Positions 56,441 through 64,000 of a DNA stretch of 64,000 nt are shown here, piece after piece. Source of the stretch: Octopus vulgaris (Eukaryota). How positions within the stretch are numbered: the stretch's first letter is position 1; each line of letters begins with the position of its first letter. The position numbers were made by a program, and so were the translations under genes. Under the pieces are notes generated by a model, which had not been told where the DNA came from, did not search any database, and saw nothing but the letters and a program-made list of their open reading frames with translations. The DNA lies in NCBI GenBank assembly GCA_951406725.2, contig OX597827.1:82832001-82896000 (forward strand), given 5' to 3'.

Positions 56441-57624
56441 TATTATACTCCACTGGTTTGCACCATTCTATCAATAAGACAAGAAATATATTTATGAATT
56501 AACTCTTGTGACCATAAATTATTTTCTACTATTTATTTAATTATGACCAACTAAGCAATCCTTCATCTCAGCAGTGTTGTTGCCAACTTATTCATTGTTA
56601 GAAGCCAACAAATTCTAATGTTCTGACATATGTTTGTAATATAATTTATCACACCCAAGACTTAAACAAAGACATACAGTGCCGTGATGGCAAAGTGGTT
56701 ACACCATTTATTTGTGAAACCAATGTTCTCTACCAAATTCTTCAGCCTTTTTCTGCAGCTTGTATTTCAACAATATTTTCCTCTGCCAATCCAAAATAAC
56801 TTTCGTTCATAATTTTGCCAAATTGTACTTATGTAAACCTGGCATGCTTAAAATTTATTACCTAATATTTCATTGCTCTTATTTGCATATTTTGAGGTTC
56901 ACGTGGTTTAGATGGATCAATAAATTTAGTTATTTAAATGAATTTTAAAAGAAATTTTATGACTGAGTCCTCCTTTTATTAACGAGCTTGTCTTTGTTGT
57001 TGTTGCCATACTTGTTGCTATTTAGCCAGATCAGTTCTGATCAAGCAGACCTTTGATCGAAAGGTATTCTGGCTGTTGCCACCCGATCTTATTTTTTGAT
57101 TTTTTTCTCAGATACATTGAACCAATGATCCCATCAACCATTATCCAAATAGCTGCTAGTGTTTTGGGAGAGGTTGAGAGGTTTGAACTATTATTTCTAG
57201 CAGTTCAAGCAACTCATAAGAGCTCTCTTATTGACTCTGAAAGATTTAGTAACACATGTTTTGTTTGAATAAACTAGACTCAAACAGAATTCTCTGCTTT
57301 ATGTTGCAATAACTATAATACGAATTCAATGTTAACATAATTCACAATTCAAAAACTTTTCTGGAGAAACAAATGATTTTTTTTTCCTTTTGTTTCTCTT
57401 CTTTGTATTATATTTCATTTGTCCCCACACTCTCTACTTTGCACTCAGTATTGTAATAATCATCTGTAAAAATATAAACTCTCCCCTGTTGAAGAAAATT
57501 AATTACATGGAATTTGAATAACAAAAACAAGACAAAAAAAACAATTAGCCCAGCAAATGTAATTATGTTAATATATTCAAACCAATGTTTTTAATGCTTA
57601 AGACATGTTTAAAAATATTTATTT

Positions 57625-57850
57625 CTTTATTGCACACAGAAGGCTAAACATAGAGGAGACAAACAAGGACAGACAAAGGGATTAAGTCGATTACATTGAC
57701 CCCAGTATATAACTGGTACTTATTTAACTGATCCCAAAAGGCTGAAAAGCAAAGTTGACCTCAGCAAAATTTCAACTCAGAACATAACGGCAGATGAAAT
57801 ACTGCTAAGCATTCCACCTGGTGTGCTAACAATTCTGCCAATTTGCCACT
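57625..57850 (-). mobile_element. SINE family 2
   Basis: gaccccagt...actggtact...aaagttgacctc...aactcagaac. Related pieces at 1-75, 9590-9690, 37840-38010, 38620-38733 and 39000-39150. Confidence 0.65.
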
Positions 57851-59631
57851 TTTCAAAAATATTGTTGACCAAAAATTAGGCTTCTATCATCAAATTTTAT
57901 GCCAATAACTTTTTGTGGCTCTGCAATTTATTCCAATGTATTTTGTAGCAAATTAAAGTTAGTACATTAAACCTTAGAGAATAAGCAAAAAGCATCAAGA
58001 ATGATAAGGACTGGATTGATAATTGAGAGATTAAAGTAGTTACAATTGTCATAAAATTTAGATGTTAAATAACAGGAAATCCAACATTGATATACAATGA
58101 ATTCTGTAAAATATTTTATCCATTATAGGAAATGTTATGGTATATATTATGTTTACATATGCAAGAGTGAAGCACAATTCGTCCTGAGAGACAAAAGTCA
58201 ATATTGCAATCAGAAGATTATTATGACTGAAGCTGTTGGAGAAATTATTTCTAAAAGTTTTGATTAATTTATTGATTTGGCAATTTAAAATGATTGAAAC
58301 CATCAAAGTAATCTTTAAGTGTAAAATCATCTTCAAAGTATCAATTGATGGCTAAAATGCAAATGATCTCTGACATGGTAAAGGAGACGCATATAAAAGA
58401 GACATTGTGAATTGATTGCACAAAACCAATATTAAGAGAAGAAGAAGAAAAAAAGCAATGGCTGAAGGAAGCCACGTGAAATGTAGTGAAAGAACAGACG
58501 GGAGAATAATCTAATTGTCTTAGACAAATAGCAAGAATTCCATGACATGTCTTCTTAAGAAAAATAAATTAGACTTGGATGATAACCTAAAGATCTCACT
58601 TTGGTCTCGTTCATAAGAAGATGCATCAAAATCTTGAGTTATTTAGTAAACGTAACACTACCTTAAACAATATTTACTGATTTAATATTTCATTCTTTAG
58701 AGAGAAGGACTTACTGTAGATAGACATTTTTTACTTCAGCAGACATGGGTTGAATTATCAGATCCCAACAAGATCTGAGTGGATAAGATTTTGAAATTTT
58801 TATCTTAGATCGTTGTCAAGCAATACTCCAAATGTTACGTGTCCATTTCATTCAGAAAGAGTGATCGAGATATTCTGTAACTTTCTCTTGATTCTAACAT
58901 CCCTCTTGTTTCTTCATAGTACTTCACAATCTCATGTAGTGGCTCTCAGTCCATTTTTGATGAAGTAGGAGCAGCTGCATCAGCATCCCAACACATTCTG
59001 CTGCTTCTAAGTGTATCAGTTATTATTTTTCTGGTTATTGCAGTTGCTTTTGTTGTTATTGTAAATATTAATGCAGATGTAAACCCTAGATGTAAAGAAA
59101 TCAGGTGTAATTCAATCCTGTAGAACTCCCTATACTGCTGTGTGCAAGACTTCTAATGACCAACATCTGCTTCAAAGAAAGCTCTATCTATTGATCACCT
59201 CGTGCCCCTGAAACAAAAGTGAAAACTTCGAACATGTCCTAACATAGTCTGATATTTATAAAAGAGGCTAAAGACAAAAATAGTTAAAACTACAATATTT
59301 TAAATCTTTTTCTTTTTGTTATATCAATAACTATTGTTCTTCCAACTAACTATGGTTTTATTTGTTTTTTCCAGAGATGTGATTTATTTTGTAATTAACA
59401 CCTTCCCTTCATCACCATGAAACTGTAAGCAACTGCATTGATGAAGCCTTTATACAAAGGAAATTGTATTAATGCAGTGCTGGAGAGTATACAAACCAGA
59501 CGTAAGATGAGCAGATGATGTCCTGAAAACCGATTCTCTACAGAAATAAAGCATCACTTTAACAACGGCTACCCAAACGGAAACATCGATTTTGTTTATG
59601 TATATATTATGTATATACATTTATATATACA

Positions 59632-59664
<33 letters not shown>

Positions 59665-59683
59665 GTGTGTATGTATGTGTGTG

Positions 59684-59722
<39 letters not shown>

Positions 59723-60617
59723 GCATGTGTGTATATAAATATGTGTGTGAGAGGTGGATGAATGGATGAATGGAAGGATGGATATAAGTGTTTTTGTTTA
59801 TATATAAAAACAGAAAACATTGACTGAATAAAAGAGCCTGTATGTGAAATAATGTGAAGCATTGTATTTTATTCCAAATTTAACAGAAACTTCAAAGTTT
59901 TGCCAAATAAGGTTTTTGAAGCTTAAAAAATAGTTCTTTAAATATAAATATTATAATATATATCTATATATATATACATACGTCCATGTGTGTATGTATG
60001 TATAATGATTAGAGAGATTAAAGACAATGAGTGGAGTGGAATTATGAAGACTTAAAAGAGTTGGCTGGAGTGGACTCTATTCAATATATGAAAGGATATA
60101 AAGGGAGATAAGCTGTTGCTATCGCTAGCAGTCAAGCATCTACCACTGATGAAACCAAGGAAAGTCAAAATCACATGATCTGGTGGTCTCGGTGCTGGAG
60201 TTGGTGAGGATTTATCTCACCACTAGCAATATAAACAAGCATATGCGAGTTTCTCTCGTGGTATTTGCTACAGTAAAGTTTGTTCAGCAAGGACATTGAT
60301 GTTTAAGTGGGAATAGATATTACCTCCTCTCGCTACGAAGTATGGTCGTATGGGAGATGAACAGTGGTTGAATTTACGTATGTGAATTAGGAAATATTGA
60401 AAGTATATAGTGTTTCCGAAACTAAAGAGAAACTGCTTTCAAAAGAGATCTATACACTTTGTAAATAACTTTTCAAGGCTGCTGATTTTTCACTTTAATA
60501 ATATCTTTATAAATTTGTAATTTATTAAATTCAAAATTTTAATCAGGATGTAACTTTTTAGATACGCTTTTAAAACAGCTCAACCGTAACCAAGTAATTC
60601 TCTATATTTGGAATGGT

Positions 60618-60932
60618 GAAGGTGTGTGAGTTAGTGGTTAGGGTATTTGGCTGATGGCCACGAGGTTGTGAGTTTCTGTCTCTTGCATTGAGTGTAGTGT
60701 GCTCTTGAGCAAGACATTTCATCGCTCCAGTTCCTTCAGCTGACAAAAGTGAGGTGTACCTGTAATTCAAACGGGGCCAGCCTTGTCACTTTCTGCATCA
60801 ATCTCCTTGAGGATTATGTTGAATGCATGCATGTCTGTGGAATACTCAGCCACTTACACATTAATTTCATGAGTTGGCTGTTCTGTTGATCAGATCAACT
60901 GGAACCCTCGTTGTCATAACCAACGGAGTGCC
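60618..60932 (+). mobile_element. tRNA-derived SINE (family 3)
   Basis: ttagtggttagggt...ggttgtgagttt...cttgagcaagaca head/core pattern. Confidence 0.55.
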
Positions 60933-61195
60933 CATAGACATTTTTAATCCTCTTTAATGCACACACACACACACGTACATACATACACACACACATACAC
61001 ACAAATCACCCACAGTTCATCTATATAAGACCATACGTCGTATACCTTCTTATATATTAAATCTTGAACACAACCCACTTCATCAATCCTCTTATTCATT
61101 ATTTTTCTTTTTCACTGATAAACTTATTCCACACTGACCTCTTCAGCCATCTTTGATATAGCTAACCTATATGTATATATAGATATATATGTACG

Positions 61196-61245
<50 letters not shown>

Positions 61246-61280
61246 TATATTAGAAGGTTTGGCGATGAAGTACAGGTATT

Positions 61281-61543
61281 ATATATTAGAAGAAATGAGG
61301 TTACTCAGAAATCCAGATGGTTTTATATTTACAGATGTTTATTTGTATATTACATGTTTTATACATCATATATCATATATCATATAGTAGCGCTTTCATC
61401 CATTCTAGTGGAGTCTTCCCACTAGATTGAACGAAAGCGCTAATATATGATATATGATTTATAAAAGCATGTAACATACTAATAAATGTCTGTAAATATA
61501 AAACCATCTGGATTTCTGAGTACCTCATTTCTTCTAATATATA
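61281..61543. mobile_element. Fold-back element, ~130-bp arms, in (TA)n
   Basis: atatattagaagaaatgagg...ctagtgg / ccactag...cctcatttcttctaatatat; apex at 61412-61418; each arm has GAAA-GCGC-UA. Confidence 0.85.
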
Positions 61544-61559
61544 TATATATATATACATA

Positions 61560-62087
61560 TGAGTAAAGGAGTGATGTCAGTACACATGCATGGTACGCAG
61601 CAATTATTGCTTGCCTTGTGATGCCTTGCTGGGATCAGAAACAAGACTGAAGAGACCGGAAGGAATCAGTTGCTCTCTGCAGCCTGAAAAATATTTCCTC
61701 ATCCAGGGAGCAAGAATAGCGGAATGTGCTGCACAGGTGGACAAACTTGTTGACCACTTTCAGTATTGTTCCTTCAACCAAGATAGCTGGTTCCACATAT
61801 GGATTTCCTGATGCAGGCTGGAGCATTACAACAGTCTTGTCCAGGCTAGTGCGGAGTCCAAATGCCTTGCAAGAAGCAAAAATACGATTCATACGTATTT
61901 GCATGTCATCCACTATATGAGTGACTAAGTCACAGTCATCTGCATAAAGGAGGTCACGAATAAGAGACTGGAAAACTTTTGAATTGGCAACAAATTGGCA
62001 CAGATTAAAGAGGTGGCCAGAAGATCGATACCTGACATATATTCCCAGAGAGCTAACCTTAGCAAAAGCATGAGTAAAAACAGCAGC
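61560..62087 (-). mobile_element. RTE-clade LINE reverse transcriptase fragment
   Basis: GIYVRYRSSGHLFNL...IRDLLYADDCDL...FGLRTSLDKTVVM; homology continues past the stop (YHACVLTSLLYS). Confidence 0.85.
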
Positions 62088-62315
62088 AACTACAACCTCC
62101 AGATGACTTTGGAATCTCCTGCAACGCTTCTGGATGGTCTCCTTGTTTAAATTGGTGAATGCTGTCATAATCCTTGCCTTCAGTTCACCTTTGGTGTTAC
62201 AAGGAGTTTTGTTGGTCTCGTGCTCAACTGAGCCCCACACATAATAATCGAGGGGTTTGCAGTCTGGAGAGTTAGGAGGCCAGATGTTAGGGGTGATGTG
62301 GTTGCAGAAATTGTC
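62088..62315 (-). mobile_element. Tc1/mariner (DD37D-like) transposase C-terminal fragment
   Basis: DNFCNHITPNIWPPNSPDCKPLDYYVWGSVEHETNKTPCNTKGELKARI...RCRRFQSHLEVVV. Confidence 0.85.
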
Positions 62316-63399
62316 TTATCCAACCATGGCAGATGCTCTGAGTAGCATTGGCAAAAAAAGACATTGCTTTGACTGAGTTGAAGTAGGGCACTGAAAAAAT
62401 AATGAGAAAATCTAGATCATGTAATTATCTTATTAATATATTCAATGACAAATAAATTCAGTCCTCAGTTGAAGCTAAAGAGGATTACGGAATATTAATG
62501 TGTTTTCAAAAATTTCCCAATAAATTCTGAAACACTTTCAAAATTTTGTGAATGTGTAAATGATGTTTCTCTTTTTTAAAAAGTGACATTAACTGAATTA
62601 TTTTCAGATATAGTATTAAATTATCGATAAAAATTATGTTTATGTTGATATATTATATTTAAGAAAAATTTGTTAAAGTTTCTCAAATGTTCTGTTTGCA
62701 AACCTTTTCACAGCAACATATATTTAGGTCTGTAGGTGCAGAGGTTGTTGTAGCCATGAATATTATAAACAAAACCTAAACTCAACCAAACGCTTCTGAT
62801 AAAAGAATAATTCTTCATTTTCATTGCTAGACATTCTCTTCAAATGCTTTAAGCACAATCTCTTTAATACTTAGGATAATCTAATCTTCAATCAAAATGA
62901 TTAACAATCACTTCAGGATTATGTGTTTGGAAGATGTAAACACAAAACCTTCTTTTTTTGTCTTAAAATAGTTTGTTCCTTAAAAAGTTAATCTCCTGTA
63001 TTTCTGTCTGGTTGATTACGTTTTTCAAGTCAGACAAAAAATCAAATTTTACAGATGACATTTGTCCACTAAATACTGCTGCATTCCTTCCCTGAGCATG
63101 TTTCCTCACAAAATTAATTTGACTTTATTAAATCACATCCCATTATACCTCTCTCCCATTCTAGAAGGGACTCAGGTCAGTGAGAGAGCCTCCATGGTGT
63201 CACTTGACTCGTTAGATGTAGCAGGTAAATCTGTCTCAAATCACACCCTACCAACTTAAAGATGAACCAAAACATTGGATGAAGTATGTGATAATCCCAA
63301 ATGGAAGACATTTGATCCTAAGTCTTCAGGATCATCCCCCAAAATTTTGGGCTTTGTATTTAGTTGAATTATTTATGGTGAAAGGTCAAATCTGTGTGA

Positions 63400-63620
63400 C
63401 AATGATGTTGTTTTTATTTTTCGAGCACCATCCAGAGTATTCAAATGGTTCCAAGCAGTGCTGTTTCTGCAAGTGCTCCATCCTTATTGCAGCCCCTATT
63501 TGTTCCAGGTACTTCTCAAGATTTTTACTCACTCTTCCCAGGGCTCCAACAATTATTGCTGCTACTACCACCTTTTACATCAACCACAACAGCTTAACCT
63601 CCCAACCTAACCTGTCTATC
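63400..63620 (-). mobile_element. R4/Dong-like endonuclease C-terminal fragment abutting (TAA)n
   Basis: VVAAIIVGALGRVSKNLEKYLEQIGAAIRMEHLQK; similar in DNA sequence to 35555-35700. Confidence 0.7.
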
Positions 63621-63676
63621 ATTATTATTATTATTATTATTATTACTATTATTATTATTATTATTATTCTTATTAC

Positions 63677-63724
<48 letters not shown>

Positions 63725-64000
63725 GATTATTATTATTATTATTATTGAGTGAGTGAGAGAGCAGTGCATATCATCAAAGTGACACTGGGATACAAATATA
63801 CAAAGCCCATCTGATAAGGGTACACCAGGCACATCCATCACAGCCATATGTGTATGACATAGTAATCTCATATCAAGATAAGCAGTGTGTGTATGTTCTG
63901 AGTTCAAATCACACTAAGGATTTTCTCTTTCATCCCTCAATCTTGTTAAGATAAGCCTTCCTTTAAATCTGAGCCTTTGTGTCCATATAAGGAATTTGTT

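Noticed and set aside
59523-59595. CTGAAAA...GGAAACATCGATT as another hammerhead
   Set aside because: C3-A8 mismatch and no helix I pairing.
60146-60170. CTGATGAAACCAAGGAAAGTC
   Set aside because: Core-like words without helix I or III support; likely chance.

Overview
AT-rich, microsatellite-dense eukaryotic DNA, most likely from a coleoid cephalopod (Octopus-like), judged from the protocadherin type and repeat landscape. The only host gene I can support is a + strand six-cadherin-repeat protocadherin. Its large coding exon is 30850-33290 (ATG 30894). A second coding exon, missed by the ORF track, lies at 47674-47844, giving a predicted 851-aa protein. The rest is mostly repeats: tRNA-derived SINEs; RTE, CR1 and R4/Dong-type LINE fragments; a decayed full-length DD37D (maT) Tc1/mariner; hAT and Kolobok-like MITEs; mini- and microsatellites. 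Most listed ORFs are translated microsatellites. The most striking hidden signal is about 11 minimal type-I hammerhead-ribozyme (HHR) motifs in about 7 short element families, mostly embedded in (TA)n/(TAA)n tracts. Several have palindromic helix III, some have a compensatory U3-A8 core, one sits behind a tRNA-like head, and three occur as fold-back pairs centred near the ribozyme 5' side. This resembles Penelope pLTR or retrozyme remnants. All structures were read by eye; activity is untested and repeat boundaries are approximate.
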